Of a stretch of 64,000 bases of DNA, positions 63,807 through 64,000 are shown one piece after another. The notes under the pieces were generated by a model that worked only from the letters and a program-made list of their open reading frames with translations, was not told the origin of the DNA and did not search any database. Source of the DNA: an uncultured Ignavibacteria bacterium (GTDB lineage: Bacteria; Bacteroidota; Ignavibacteria; Kapaibacteriales; Kapaibacteriaceae); assembly GCA_937870915.1 (NCBI GenBank), contig CALMZQ010000027.1, positions 1,289 to 65,288 of the forward strand. The letters run 5' to 3'. The position numbers and the translations under genes were made by a program. Within the stretch, counting starts at the first letter, position 1. Every line of letters starts with the position of its first letter.

Positions 63807-64000
63807 TTAGCGAACGATCGTGAGCGTCTTTGAGAGGACCGTCTCGCCAACTGTGAGCTTGTACATGTACGAACCTGAGGTAACATCTGTACCGGCAGTG
63901 TTACGACCGTCCCACTCAACAGCATATGTGCTGGTTGAGCCGGCTACGTCGTTGTTATACACTGTTTGTACGAGATTGCCCATCATGTCGAACACTTCGA
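63807..64000 (-). CDS. 3' end of a gene encoding a T9SS C-terminal sorting domain (5' part outside window)
   Basis: Translation ...WDGRNTAGTDVTSGSYMYKLTVGETVLSKTLTIVR is a typical CTD. The frame is open to the window edge. Confidence 0.7.
   Translation of the reverse strand, partial: EVFDMMGNLVQTVYNNDVAGSTSTYAVEWDGRNTAGTDVTSGSYMYKLTVGETVLSKTLTIVR

Overview
The window is a 64 kb chromosomal segment from a member of the Fibrobacteres-Chlorobi-Bacteroidetes group. The lineage call rests on six proteins ending in T9SS-type C-terminal sorting domains, a short 287-aa primary sigma factor, and several TTTG / TAnnTTTG promoter motifs. About 60 densely packed genes are present, mostly on the minus strand. 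Most are housekeeping: ftsQAZ, nadBA, hom-metX, dapD, recG, recQ, glyQS, rpoD, rimM-trmD, purM, panC, ilvE, queE, mpl, rodZ and dsbD. There is one tRNA-Ser(UGA) and one apparently intact IS3-family element. No rRNA, CRISPR array, integrase or recognisable defence genes were seen.

Non-routine signals, all read by eye and none computed:
1. A 32-codon Met/Cys-rich leader ORF has its own promoter and a terminator/antiterminator. It sits upstream of a YeeE/YedE-metX-hom operon and is a candidate ribosome-mediated attenuator for sulfur amino acids.
2. Short tandem repeats with period 7 or 8 (never a multiple of 3) recur at or on gene stop codons. Each unit carries a stop triplet, so the array closes all three frames. 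Two sequence families each occur at more than one locus.
3. A low-GC insertion of about 3.2 kb is flanked by a 167-bp imperfect direct repeat that duplicates the 3' end of an MFS transporter gene. It carries a BNR/T9SS protein and a 16-Cys secreted protein.
4. Four DnaA boxes cluster upstream of ftsQAZ.
5. An ECF sigma gene and a coupled membrane protein sit upstream of a 1164-aa VIT-vWA protein. That protein also carries a SusC-like CarboxypepD_reg plus plug module and a DUF2135 domain.

Smaller oddities are listed in the findings: MITE-like palindromes, a hairpin-derived agmatinase tail, a glycosyltransferase without a canonical start, and an IS3 end overlapping a gene stop. All product calls come from motif recognition in the translated ORFs and need database confirmation.
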